Below are positions 47,541 through 58,342 of a stretch of DNA of 64,000 nucleotides, piece by piece. Position 1 is the stretch's first letter. Every line of letters begins with the position of its first letter. The DNA lies in assembly GCA_027593235.1 (NCBI GenBank), contig JAQCIU010000006.1:59063-123062 (forward strand). The letters are read 5' to 3'. The DNA is from Chloroflexota bacterium. Lineage in GTDB: Bacteria > Chloroflexota > Dehalococcoidia > UBA2979. A program made the position numbers and the translations under genes. The notes below the pieces were generated by a model that was given only the letters and a program-made list of their open reading frames with translations, had not been told where the DNA came from and searched no databases.

Positions 47541-50500
47541 GGGTCACATCCTCTGCTTCGCGCCCTGAGAGGTTGATCCCGAGCTTCGGAATCTGCTCCA
47601 TGTAGTCCTCACCGAACTCGACCTCCTCGGAGAGGTCGTTCAGGATCTCCACGCTCAGGCCGAGCGACTGGAGTTCCTTCACAAGCACCTTGAAGGACTC
47701 CGGAACACCCGGGTCCATCGTGTTCTCGCCCTTGACGATCGCCTCGTACGTCTTCACGCGTCCGACCACGTCGTCCGACTTCACCGTCAGCATTTCCTGG
47801 AGGATGTGCGCGGCGCCGTACGCCTCAAGCGCCCACACCTCCATCTCACCGAAGCGCTGACCGCCGAACTGCGCCTTACCACCCAGCGGCTGCTGAGTGA
47901 TGAGGGAGTACGGGCCAGTCGATCGCGCGTGGATCTTGTCGTCCACGAGGTGGATCAGCTTCAGCATGTAGATGTAGCCAACCGTCACCGGCTGATCGAA
48001 CGGCTCACCGGTGCGGCCGTCGTAGAGCGTCTGCTTGCCCCAGATCGGGGACGCGACGTTCTCGCGAGCGGCGACCGTCTTCACGCGATCCGCGAAGTTC
48101 TCGTCGCTCAGGCGGCGAACGTTCTTCTCGCCGAAGCCCTCAAGCCACAACGTGAGGCAGGCCTGCGTCGCCGTGCCTGGAGGGCCGGTGCGTAGCACGT
48201 CGTCCGGGTCGAACCCGCCCTCCTTGATGTAGGCCTCCATCGCCGCCAGGTCGACACGCTGGCCAACCTCGGTGTCCACGGAGCTGAACGCGGCTTCCGT
48301 CTCAACCGCTCCCGACTGAATCGCAAACCACGCTCGGCTCAGCGCGTCCTCGATCTCCGTCTCCGAAGCGCCGTCGAACACCGGCGTCACCGCCCGCCAC
48401 CCGAGGGTGGACGCGGCCCAACCGAGGTGCGTCTCCAGCACCTGCCCGATGTTCATGCGCGACGGCACACCAATCGGGTTCAGCACGATCTCGACGCCAC
48501 GTCCGTCCGCGAGGTACGGCATGTCCTCGAGCGGGAGCAGCTTCGACACCACACCCTTGTTGCCGTGACGGCCGGCCATCTTGTCGCCGGAGACGATCTT
48601 GCGCTTCTGGGCGACGCCCACGCGCACCATCTTGTTCACGTCCGCCGGCAGCTCGTCGCCAGCCTCGCGGCTGAAGACGCGCACCGAAATCACCTTGCCG
48701 CGCTCACCGTGGGGCACGCGCAGGCTCGTGTCTTTCACCTCGCGGGCCTTCTCACCGAAGATCGCGCGCAGTAGCTTCTCTTCCGGCGTCAGCTCCGTCT
48801 CGCCCTTCGGCGTGATCTTGCCGACCAGGATGTCGCCCTCGCGTACCTCGGCACCCACGCGAATGACGCCCTCTTCGTCAAGGTCGCGCAGCGCTTCCTC
48901 GCCGACGTTCGGGATGTCGCGGGTGATCTCCTCCGGGCCCAGCTTCGTGTCGCGGGCCTCGACTTCGTACTTCTCCATGTGGATGGAGGTGAACTTGTCT
49001 TCGCGGACGATCGACTCCGAGAGCACGATCGCGTCCTCGAAGTTCAAACCCTCCCAGGACATGAACGCCACCAGCAGCGACTGGCCCAGCGCCAGTTCCC
49101 CATCCTGCGTGCAGGACGAGTCCGCAATCGGCTGGCCGCGCGTCACGCGCTGACCTGTGCTCACGATCGGCCGCTGGTTGATCGAGGTGCCCTGGTTCGA
49201 CCGCACGAACTTCAGCAGCGGGTACCGCTGCTCACGGCCCGAGTCGTATCGGATCGAGATGAAGTTCGCGCTCGAACTGCGAACCTCGCCGTCCTCCTCT
49301 GCGTGCAGCACCTGGCCGGAGTCGGCCGCGGCCGGTCGCTCCATCCCCGTGCCCACCAGCGGGACCTCCGGACGCAACAGCGGCACCGCCTGGCGCTGCA
49401 TGTTCGCGCCCATCAACGCGCGGTTCGCGTCGTCGTGCTCGAGGAACGGAATCATCGCCGCCGCGACCGAGACGATCTGCTTCGGCGAGACGTCGACGTA
49501 GTCGATCTCCACCCGCGAGACCATCTCGAAGCGGTCGCCATGTCGTACCTCGACGCGCGACTGCGTGATGTTGCCGGCGTCGTCGATACCGACGTTCGCC
49601 TGCGCGATCCGGAAGACCTCTTCCTCATGCGCGTCCAGGTAGACCGCCTCCGAAGACGCGAACGGCTGCAGCGCGATCATGTCCTCGGCGGCGTCCGCCA
49701 GGTTGCGCGCCAGATCCTCGTCGATCGCCTGGCCCTCGGTGCCGATCACCTTGCCCTTGGCGTCCAGCACCTCGGCGGCGAGGTAACGGCCCTCGAGCTG
49801 GCGGTTGAAGTTCTTCGACAGCTCGTGCGTCACCGGGCGGTATGGCGTCTCAATGAAGCCGAAGTCGTTCACCACCCCGTACGAGGCCAAACTGCCGATC
49901 AGACCAATGTTCGGGCCTTCCGGCGTCTCGATCGGGCAAATCCGGCCGTAGTGGCTGGAGTGCACGTCGCGGACGTCGAAACCCGCGCGGTCGCGTGACA
50001 GGCCGCCGGGGCCCAGCGCGGACAGCTTTCGCTTGTGCGCGATCTCCGACAGCGGGTTCACCTGGTCCATGAACTGTGACAGCTGGGATCCGCCGAAGAA
50101 TTCCTTCATCGACGCGACCACCGGCCGGATGTTCACCAGCGCCGAAGGCGTCGCCTCCTCCGGATCCGTGATCGTCATCCGCTCGCGGACCACGCGCTCC
50201 ATGCGCAGCATCCCGACGCGGAACTGGTTCTGCATCAGCTCACCGACCGACCGCACGCGGCGGTTGCCCAGGTGGTCGATGTCGTCCGGGTGACCCTTGC
50301 CGTTGTTGATGTCCCAGATACGGCGAATGATCGCCACCAGGTCCTCGCGCCGCAGCGTCCGGATCTCCGGGGTGTCGACCAGGCCCAGCCGCTTGTTCAG
50401 CTTGTAGCGGCCCACCTTGCCCAGGTCGTAGCGGCGGTCCGTGAAGAACAACGTCTCCAGCAGCTCGCGGGCGTTGTCCGCCGTCGGCGGGTCGCCGGGG

Positions 50501-51288
50501 CGCAGTCGCCGGTAGAACTCCTCCAGCGCCTCCGCCTGGTTCGTCGTCGAGTCCTTGGCCAGCGTCGCCTCAAGGAAGCTGTGGTCCTCGTTGGTGTCGA
50601 CGTCTTGGAGGATCGCGCGGATCCGCTCGTCCGTTCCCAGCTCGCCCATCGTCAGGCCCTCTTCGCGGTCAATCGCGCGAAGTAGGACGGTCACCGGGAT
50701 ACGGCGCTTGCGGTCGACCTTCACCGAGATCAGGTCCTTGGCGGAGGTCTCGAACTCCAGCCACGCACCGCGGTTCGGAATCAGCTTCGCCGCCACCAAC
50801 CGCCGGCCCGTTGCCGGGTCGATCGTGCCGGTGAAGTAAACGCCGGGAGAGCGCACCAGCTGCGACACCACCACGCGCTCTGCGCCGTTGATGATGAACG
50901 TGCCGTGGGCGGTCATGAGCGGGATGTCGCCCATGAAGAGCTCTTGCTCCTTGACCTCACCCGTCTCCTTCACCAGCAGTTCCACGCGCACGCGCATCGG
51001 CGCCGCGTAGGTCCGCTCGCGATCGCGCGACTCGGTCTCCGAGTACTTCGGCTCTTCGAACCGGTACTCACCGAACCGCAACTCCATCCGGCCACCGGTG
51101 AAGTCGTCGATCGGCGAAATCTCGTCAAAGAGTTCGCGCAAGCCTTCGCGCAGGAAGCGTTCGTATGAACGCCGTGGCATCTCAATCAGATTTGGCATGT
51201 CCAGCACATGCGGCGCTTGGCCGTATGTCTTCACCAGGCTTGGCACCCGGCGGTTGGAACGAACGATACGTCGGTTCGCTGTGGTCAA
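47533..51288 (-). CDS. rpoB: RNA polymerase beta subunit
   Basis: [38 protein letters not shown]; probable TTG start at 51288 after GAAGGGG (ATG at 51321 possible). Confidence 0.99.
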
Positions 51289-51426
51289 GAGAGCCCCTTC
51301 GCGGCCAGCAAGCGTCGTCATGCGTGGGGAGTGGATCCCGGGCGCCCAGTTCAATTCGACTTCGTGTCGTTTGGCAGGGTTTGATCCCCATGCCGGTCGA
51401 TTCGTACACGGACGACTGTGTGCACG

Positions 51427-51457
51427 AAAAAAGCCCCGACGGCCTACCGTCGAGGTT
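51427..51457 (-). terminator. Attenuator-like intrinsic terminator in the rpoB 5' leader
   Basis: ACCTCGACGG-TAGG-CCGTCGGGGC followed by U6. Confidence 0.7.
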
Positions 51458-51503
51458 CTGAGTTACCGCATCGATTAGAAAGAGGGCGCCCCACGCTTGC
51501 CTT

Positions 51504-51532
51504 AGTCTATACAGGCGTTGGCGGATTGACAA
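51504..51532 (-). promoter_or_regulatory. rpoBC promoter
   Basis: TTGTCA-17 bp-TAGACT. Confidence 0.7.
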
Positions 51533-51633
51533 CAGTACGACTTCGCGAATCCGCGGGTCAATCTCCAGTCTGACGGAACAATCACCCGACACCCGCCGCC
51601 TATACTGCCCCCGTCCACGACAAAGGAACCTAG

Positions 51634-54027
51634 ATGGTAAACGCCCGGCCGCCTGATCCGCCGGACGATGACCTCCCCTCCGCCCGCGAGGGCGTCTTCG
51701 CCGGGCTTCGTGTCGTCGACTTCTCCACCGGTATCGCCGGCCCCTACGCCACCATGTTCCTCGCCGATCACGGCGCCGACGTCATCAAGGTCGAACCCCC
51801 CGCGGGCGACCCCTTCCGCGCCTCTCCCGGCTTCGAAACCCTCAATCGAGGTAAGCGCTCCCTCCGCCTCGATCAGACCGGCGACTCCCGTCAGCGTCGC
51901 ATCGAACTCCTCGCGCGTGCCGCTGACGCCGTCATCGTCGATCTCGCACAGCCCCTCGCCGCCGAGCGCGGCATTGCCCATGAACAGCTCGCCGCCGCGA
52001 ATCCCTCGCTCGTCTATGTCGCCATGCCCCCCTTCGGCGACGCTGGCCCGCTCGCGGATCAGCCAGCCACCCCCGCTCGCCTCGCCGCCGTCAGCGGCAT
52101 CATGGCCGGCCAGGCCTCCTACAGCGGCGACCCCAGCTACCTCGTACTCCCGCTCGCCAGCTACGCCGCCGGCGTGCTCGGCGCCGCCGCGGTCGCCGGC
52201 GGCCTCTACGCCCGCGAACGCTGGGGCATCGGCCAGCGCATCGATGTCCCCCAGCTCGCCGGCGCGGCCGCCCTCCAGGTCGGCGGCGTTGAATCCGATC
52301 AGGTGCCCGTCCCACCGCTCGAGGGCGCGCCGATGGGCTCGAAGGGCGCCATCCCCGTCTACCGCCTCTTCCAGGCACGCGACGGGCTCTGGTTCTTCCT
52401 CGCCTGCGGTACCCCCACCTTCTTCCACAAGCTCCTGATCGCGATCGGCCATCCCGAGCTCTCCGCCGATCCGCGTTTCGAGCACGCCCCCTGGGGACTC
52501 GCCACCCCGGAAGCCAGCGCCGTCCTCGTCCCCCTCCTCGAAGACACCTTCCGAGGCGAATCGCGCGATCATTGGATCGGCGTCCTCCGCGAATACGACG
52601 TCCCCGCCCAACCCGTCCAGACGCGCGACGAATACTTCGACAGCTACACCGTCAGCGCCAACGACATGCGCGTCAGCATCGATCACCCCGACTACGAGTG
52701 GGTCGAGATGATGGGCGTCCCGCTCAACCTCACCGCCACGCCGGGCCAGGTCTTTGGCCGCGCCCCCCGCCTCGGCGAGCACACCGACGACATCCTCGGC
52801 GAACTCGCGTCCGCCGCCCCGCCACTCGCGCGCATCGCCAACCGCGATCCCGGCCCGCACCTCCTCGAGGGCGTCCGCGTCATCGACGCCACCTCGTTCA
52901 TCGCCGGCCCGACCTTGACCCGCCACCTCGCGATGCTCGGCGCCGACGTCGTCAAGGTCGAAGCCCCCACCGGCGATCCGTTCCGCCAGCACGGCCTCGG
53001 CTTCCTCGGCTGGAACCAGGGCAAGCGCGGTATCGCGCTCGACCTCCGCGAAGCGGCCGGTCGCGAAGTCCTCCACCGACTCGCCATCGATGCGGATGTC
53101 GTCGTGGAGAACTATCGCCCCGGCGTCGCGCGCCGGCTCGGCATGGACGACGCCACCCTGCGTGCGCTCAACGCGCAGCTCGTCACCGTCACAGCGCCCG
53201 GCTGGGGCAATGACGAAACCATGAGCGAACTCGCCGCCTGGGATCCGCTCGTCCAGGCGCGCTCCGGTGCCATGCACCACCAGGGCTCCGACGAAGAGCC
53301 CGTCTTCCACAGCGTCGCCCTCAACGACGTCATGACCCCCGCGATCGGCCTCTTCGGCGTCCTCGCCGCGCTCTTCCACCGCGAGCGCACGGACGAGGGC
53401 CAACAGATCGAGCTGGCGCTCGCCCGCACCGGCCTCGCGATTCAGGCCGCCGAGTTCACGCGTGTCGCCGGCGCGCCGGCGGGTGCCGGCTTCCTCCGTG
53501 GTGACGTCGACTTCCCCGGCCCCGACGCCGGCCAGCGCTGGTACCGCTGCGGCGACGGCGAACCGATCTTCCTCGAAGCCACCCGCGAGGCCGAACGCGC
53601 CGCCCTCATCGGCTGCGCCGGTGTCGCGCTGCACACCCGGCAGGTCGCGGCCCCGCACGGCACCCCGCCCAATGCCATCGCCAGCCAGTCGCTTGCCGGC
53701 GCCTTCGCCACCCGCCCCCGCGACGAATGGCTCGCCGCCCTCGATGAGGCAGGCGTCCCCGCCGTCCCGATCCTCCGTCGCCACGAGGCCGCCCGACTCC
53801 CGCTCTTCACCGCCAACGACCTCGTCGTCACCCAGCCGCACCCGGACTGGGGCAGCACCATCAACTATGGCCTGCTCCTCCGCCCGACCGTCACCCGCGG
53901 CCGCCTCGATCGCACCGCACCGCGCCTCGGCGAACACACCCACGAGGTGCTCACCGCCGCCGGCTACACCGCCGAGGAGATTGCCGCCCTCGGTGCTGCC
54001 GGGGTTGCGGTGGTGCCGGGCGAATAG
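51634..54027 (+). CDS. Class III (CaiB/BaiF) CoA transferase, two fused domains
   Basis: Two copies of RV(V/I)D....IAGP....LA..GADV(I/V)KVE.P.GDPFR...N(R/Q)GKR and AP.LGEHT. Confidence 0.93.
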   Translation: MVNARPPDPPDDDLPSAREGVFAGLRVVDFSTGIAGPYATMFLADHGADVIKVEPPAGDPFRASPGFETLNRGKRSLRLDQTGDSRQRRIELLARAADAVIVDLAQPLAAERGIAHEQLAAANPSLVYVAMPPFGDAGPLADQPATPARLAAVSGIMAGQASYSGDPSYLVLPLASYAAGVLGAAAVAGGLYARERWGIGQRIDVPQLAGAAALQVGGVESDQVPVPPLEGAPMGSKGAIPVYRLFQARDGLWFFLACGTPTFFHKLLIAIGHPELSADPRFEHAPWGLATPEASAVLVPLLEDTFRGESRDHWIGVLREYDVPAQPVQTRDEYFDSYTVSANDMRVSIDHPDYEWVEMMGVPLNLTATPGQVFGRAPRLGEHTDDILGELASAAPPLARIANRDPGPHLLEGVRVIDATSFIAGPTLTRHLAMLGADVVKVEAPTGDPFRQHGLGFLGWNQGKRGIALDLREAAGREVLHRLAIDADVVVENYRPGVARRLGMDDATLRALNAQLVTVTAPGWGNDETMSELAAWDPLVQARSGAMHHQGSDEEPVFHSVALNDVMTPAIGLFGVLAALFHRERTDEGQQIELALARTGLAIQAAEFTRVAGAPAGAGFLRGDVDFPGPDAGQRWYRCGDGEPIFLEATREAERAALIGCAGVALHTRQVAAPHGTPPNAIASQSLAGAFATRPRDEWLAALDEAGVPAVPILRRHEAARLPLFTANDLVVTQPHPDWGSTINYGLLLRPTVTRGRLDRTAPRLGEHTHEVLTAAGYTAEEIAALGAAGVAVVPGE

Positions 54028-54090
54028 CCGGCTCACCGGGGTCCGCCCCGACTGACCGCCACGCGTGGACCGTCCGAAGATCACCGCACG

Positions 54091-54264
54091 ATGCCCGGAC
54101 GCCCCTTCAGCCCCGTCGATCTCGCGCCCGCCTTCCCGGACGTCGCCTGGGCCGTCGGCATCGCCTTCGTCCTCGCGCTCGTGACCTACCGCACCCCGAA
54201 GCCGAAGGTCGCGAAAGACACCATCGAGGTCGTCACCATCACCGAGGATGACGAAGCCTCCTAA
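54091..54264 (+). CDS. Small single-TM protein (57 aa)
   Basis: Hand translation MPGRPFSPVDLAPAFPDVAWAVGIAFVLALVTYRTPKPKVAKDTIEVVTITEDDEAS; GC3-rich codons. Confidence 0.6.
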   Translation: MPGRPFSPVDLAPAFPDVAWAVGIAFVLALVTYRTPKPKVAKDTIEVVTITEDDEAS

Positions 54265-54363
54265 CCCCCTGATCCGGTAGCCTCCCCTCGCTGACGGCGG
54301 TTCGATCGCGCACCCGCCGCCCGCTCGACCAACCGCGCTGCAGTGCCCGCGCCAGGGAGCCCC

Positions 54364-55527
54364 ATGGACTTCGATCTTTCCGATGAACACCGCCTGATCC
54401 AGCAGACCGCGCGACGTGTCGCGCGCGATGTGATCGCACCCCGCGCCGCCGAGGTCGATGAAACCGGCGAGTACCCGGAGGACTACTTCCAGGCGTTCAA
54501 GGACGCCGACCTCCTCGGCATCACCCTCCCCACCGAGGTCGGTGGCACCAACGCCGGCACCCTCGCCCTCACGCTCGCCGTCGAGGAGGTCGCCAAATAC
54601 GACTGCTCCGCCGGCCTCATGCTCCTGCTCTCGTCCCTCTCCACCCACACCGTGAAGCTCTTCGGCACCGACGAGCAGAAGCGCGACTACATCGGCCCCG
54701 TCGCTCGCGGCGAGAAGAAGGCCGCGTTCTGCCTCACCGAACCGGACGCCGGTTCGGATGTCGCCAACCTCCAGACCCGCGCGCGCCGCGACGGCGACGA
54801 ATACGTCATCACCGGTCAGAAGTGCTACATCTCCGGCGGCCCGATCGCCGATCAGGTCGTCGTCTTCGCGAAGACCGATCCCGCCAACCCACGCTCGCTC
54901 AACGCCTTCATCGTCGACACCGCCATGCCCGGCTTCGAGGTCACCTCGATCGACCGCAAGCTCGGCGTGCGTGGCGTCCCCACCGGCGTGCTCACCTTTG
55001 ACGAGGTACGCGTACCCGCCGCCAACATCGTCGGCGGCAAAGAGGGCCTCGGCATGCAGGCCCCGCTCGCCACCCTCAACTCGCTCCGCCCGGTCGTCGG
55101 CGCGCGCGGCGTCGGTCTCGCCGAGGGCGCCGCAAACTACGCGCTCGGCTTCGCTCGGGAACGCCGCGCCTTCGGCGGCCCGCTCACCGATCTTCAGGCC
55201 ATCCAGATGAAGTTCGCGGAAATGGCGATCGATATCGAGGCCGCCCGCATGCTCGTCTACCAGGGATCCTGGCTCGTCGATCAGGGCCGCTTCGGCCCCG
55301 AGCACGGTCACATGCTCTCCGTCGCCAAGGCCTTCGCCACCGAAATGGCAAACCGCGTCGCGTCCGAGGCCCTGCAGATCCTCGGCGGGCAGGGCTACAT
55401 GATGGATCACCCGATCGAGCGCCACTACCGCGACGCCCGCCAGCTCATGATTGTCGAAGGCACCTCGGAGATTCAGCGCCTCGTCATCTCGCGCGCGCTG
55501 ATGACCGGCAACCTCGCGTACGCCTAG
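54364..55527 (+). CDS. Acyl-CoA dehydrogenase
   Basis: FCLTEPDAGSD, G.K.YIS, R.AFG, LQILGGQGY, YRDAR...IVEGTSEIQR. Confidence 0.96.
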   Translation: MDFDLSDEHRLIQQTARRVARDVIAPRAAEVDETGEYPEDYFQAFKDADLLGITLPTEVGGTNAGTLALTLAVEEVAKYDCSAGLMLLLSSLSTHTVKLFGTDEQKRDYIGPVARGEKKAAFCLTEPDAGSDVANLQTRARRDGDEYVITGQKCYISGGPIADQVVVFAKTDPANPRSLNAFIVDTAMPGFEVTSIDRKLGVRGVPTGVLTFDEVRVPAANIVGGKEGLGMQAPLATLNSLRPVVGARGVGLAEGAANYALGFARERRAFGGPLTDLQAIQMKFAEMAIDIEAARMLVYQGSWLVDQGRFGPEHGHMLSVAKAFATEMANRVASEALQILGGQGYMMDHPIERHYRDARQLMIVEGTSEIQRLVISRALMTGNLAYA

Positions 55528-55563
55528 CGACACCCTCGGTGGCGCGACCAGCCGAGGTCGCGC

Positions 55564-56769
55564 CTACGGGCCGCCCACCCCGGCCGCTGCCGTTGCCGCG
55601 CTACCGGCCGTCGCCGTGCCTGCCGCTTCGGCATCGATCCGCGCGAACCGCGCACGCTCCGCCGCCTCCGGGTCGTACGGCCGGCGCACCGCCTCCAGCC
55701 AGGCCGGCCACGCCTCCTTCGGCGTCCCATCCATCTGCTGCAGGCCCAGCGTCGCCACCAGGTCTTCCGGCGGCTCCGCCGCGTAGGACAGATCCCGCGC
55801 GATCAGCCAGATCAGCACCGTCGCACCCAGATTGTCCGCGTCGCTGAACAGCCGCTGCAGGAAGCGCCGCTGTTCCGCCGGCGTCGAAGCGTTGATCCCC
55901 TCGCGCCCCACCCCCGAGGCGTACCCAGCCGAGATGATCGCCACCGGCAAATTCGTCCGCTCGCTGATCTGCGCGTAGTAGAACGGCTGCACCTTCCGTG
56001 CCACCGCGAACGCGAACGAGGGATAGGTCGTAATCCCGAACTGATCGAGCCGTCCGGCAAAGTCGTCCAGCAACTCCCAGCGCGCCGTGTGCGGCGGTAG
56101 CCACGGGATCACCCCCAGCAGCTCCTCGTATTGGAAGCTCGCCAGCACCTTCGTCTCGGGCACCGTCTCCTTCACCGCGTCGTACGCCTCGGAGTACGCC
56201 GCGACAAACTGCGCGTAGGCCTCCGGGTTCTGTTCGAACACCACGTTTATTTCGCTGCCGATCACCAGGTACGCCGGGCGCACGTTCCGCGCGATGAACA
56301 GCGCGTCCGCCACCAGCGCCTGTCGCAGCTCCGCATCCCCCAGCGTCTGCCCGGCGTGCGAGGTCGGCAGCCCCTGCAACACCGAATGCGACGCCGGGTC
56401 GAATGGATCGAGGACATAGACCAGCGACAGCCCGCGCGCTTCAGCCGCCCGTTTCTCCGCGAGCGTCTGCGCCCGCAGCTCATCGGAGATCGTCGCGCCC
56501 GGCAGGAAATCCGCCCATGCCGGCGGCCGCTGGATCAGCAGCGACTCCCCATACCCCGCCGCCAGGTCGTACGTCGCGAGGTACGCCTCATCCGTCAGCT
56601 CCGAGGGAATCGAGGAGAACCCCAGCAGGTACCCGCGTGGCAGACCGGACGGGGCCGCCGACGCCGAAGCAATCGGCGTCGCGGGCGCGGCATCCTCCAC
56701 GCGGCAGCCCAACAGGGCCAGCGCCACGAGGATGAGCGCAAGGAACGAGGTTCGGCGAAACAACGGCAC
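55564..56769 (-). CDS. Lipoprotein with probable glycoside-hydrolase-like TIM barrel
   Basis: Lipobox LLGC; 'YLVIGSEIN', 'GITTYP', 'LGL...DGTPKEAW' pattern. Confidence 0.65.
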   Translation of the reverse strand: MPLFRRTSFLALILVALALLGCRVEDAAPATPIASASAAPSGLPRGYLLGFSSIPSELTDEAYLATYDLAAGYGESLLIQRPPAWADFLPGATISDELRAQTLAEKRAAEARGLSLVYVLDPFDPASHSVLQGLPTSHAGQTLGDAELRQALVADALFIARNVRPAYLVIGSEINVVFEQNPEAYAQFVAAYSEAYDAVKETVPETKVLASFQYEELLGVIPWLPPHTARWELLDDFAGRLDQFGITTYPSFAFAVARKVQPFYYAQISERTNLPVAIISAGYASGVGREGINASTPAEQRRFLQRLFSDADNLGATVLIWLIARDLSYAAEPPEDLVATLGLQQMDGTPKEAWPAWLEAVRRPYDPEAAERARFARIDAEAAGTATAGSAATAAAGVGGP

Positions 56770-56792
56770 GGAACGATTGTCCGGCTCCCAGG

Positions 56793-56868
56793 CCCAGCCT
56801 TCAACGTACGACTGCCCCAGCCTTCAACGCATGGCAGCATCGGCCTTCAACGCATGGCAGCGTCGGCC
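56793..56868. repeat. 23-bp period tandem repeat (3 copies)
   Basis: GCCTTCAACG at 56797, 56820, 56843; copies 2 and 3 share GCCTTCAACGCATGGCAGC. Confidence 0.85.
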
Positions 56869-56949
56869 GCGACGGATCAGGGTCGCGCCGTCGCCATTCG
56901 AGGGGGCTCCCGCCGTGCCACCCGCACCGTCCAACCGACGATCCGCGCG

Positions 56950-57174
56950 ATGACCACTACCACCCTCGACGATTTACAGGGCGCCCTCGGCGCCGTCACC
57001 TCGGCCGGCAACGCGCGCGCCGCCGTCCGTCGTGCCGCCAGAATCGTCGGCGTCGAGCGCGATCAGCCGCTCGACCTGCGCGAGTTGGTGCGCCTCTGCT
57101 CGGCGCTCTCCGCCGAGGGCGGGTCGATTCAGCTGTTGGCGGAAGAGATCGCCGGCGACGCGCTGCGGATCTGA
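56950..57174 (+). CDS. Hypothetical protein (74 aa)
   Basis: MTTTTLDDLQGALG...ALRI, genome-typical codons. Confidence 0.6.
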   Translation: MTTTTLDDLQGALGAVTSAGNARAAVRRAARIVGVERDQPLDLRELVRLCSALSAEGGSIQLLAEEIAGDALRI

Positions 57175-57222
57175 TCGGGGTCGAGCGTGGGTCAGCGTCC
57201 CTCAGTCGGGACGGGATTCGAG

Positions 57223-57693
57223 CTACAGCTCTTCGCCGTCCTCGAACATCGCCTCACGCGCCACGTCTCCCCAGGAGAACAGCGCCGCAGCGAAGCGGAT
57301 CCCGGACGCGCCCGCGTCCAGTTCGGCGTTCAGTTGCTCCAGCGGAATCTCGCGCAGGAACGTCGCGAGCCGGTCGCCCACCCCGTCCGCACTGTAGAAA
57401 TCCACCGGCCGAAACACCCCGAAGGTCTTCGAGGCCAGCGGGTCGCCGCCGGGAATCGCGCACGCGAATGCCAGCGCCAGTTGATCGATCCCGTACGGGC
57501 GACGCATCGAGGCGATCCGCTCGCGGCACCAGCCGTCCACGTCCTCGAACAGCCCCTCAATCGCGGACGGCTCGATCATCGGGCCGGCGAGCATCCAGTC
57601 CTGCTTCGACAGGCCGGTACCCGCGCGGATCGATTGCTCGATCCGTCGCCGGACCGGGTCGGGGCGCAGCCGCTGGATGATCTCGGTCAGCAA
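57223..57693 (-). CDS. Hypothetical protein
   Basis: Globular-looking 156-aa ORF filling the gap. Confidence 0.7.
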   Translation of the reverse strand: MLTEIIQRLRPDPVRRRIEQSIRAGTGLSKQDWMLAGPMIEPSAIEGLFEDVDGWCRERIASMRRPYGIDQLALAFACAIPGGDPLASKTFGVFRPVDFYSADGVGDRLATFLREIPLEQLNAELDAGASGIRFAAALFSWGDVAREAMFEDGEEL

Positions 57694-57889
57694 TGCTCGC
57701 GCCTATCATGGGCCGTTGTCGGTTTCACCTAGGGGCGTTCCCTGCTGAATCATCGGCAGGGTTTCCCCGATCACCAACGCCGCCAACCCCCATCTGGGGA
57801 CCGTCATCCGACCGTCAGTTCCCCCCTCGCCGGGCACACCAGCGCCGCCCGCGCGCAGTCCCCGCGACGCTTCGCCGTAGAATGGGCAC

Positions 57890-58330
57890 ATGGACGGTGG
57901 CCCCGGCTCTGATGTTGAAGCGGTCCGCCGCACACTCCGCGAGCGTGATCACGCCCTCTTCCGTTTCGAGACCGTCCCCCACCGCCTCCTCATCGACTTC
58001 CGCTCCACCTCCGAGGTTGAGCCCGCCGTGCACGTCCTCGAACCTGTCCGCTCGCTCCGCGAACGGATCGCCACGATCCGCCGCGTCCGCCCCGCGCTCC
58101 CCGTCCCCACCGAGCTCCAGGTCGTCGGTTGGTCGCTCCGCATCGGCTCGCTCGAGCGCCTCGGCCTCCTCGAAATCGTCCGCACGCGCCTCGCCGACAG
58201 CGGCGCCGCCGAGACCCTTCGCCAGCTCACCGCCGCCATCGAACGGCTCGAAACCCTCGAACGTGACGAATTCCGCCGCGCGATCACCGGCGAGGGCTAT
58301 CGCACCCTCTGGCCCGCGCGCGGCTCCTAG
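57890..58330 (+). CDS. Hypothetical protein
   Basis: TAGAAT 6 nt before ATG; typical codon usage. Confidence 0.75.
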   Translation: MDGGPGSDVEAVRRTLRERDHALFRFETVPHRLLIDFRSTSEVEPAVHVLEPVRSLRERIATIRRVRPALPVPTELQVVGWSLRIGSLERLGLLEIVRTRLADSGAAETLRQLTAAIERLETLERDEFRRAITGEGYRTLWPARGS

Positions 58331-58342
58331 CGCCGCCCCCTC

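Noticed and set aside
51502-55533. 1343-aa minus-strand ORF
   Set aside because: Antisense shadow of the CoA transferase and acyl-CoA dehydrogenase genes; high-GC codon bias removes stops; no motifs
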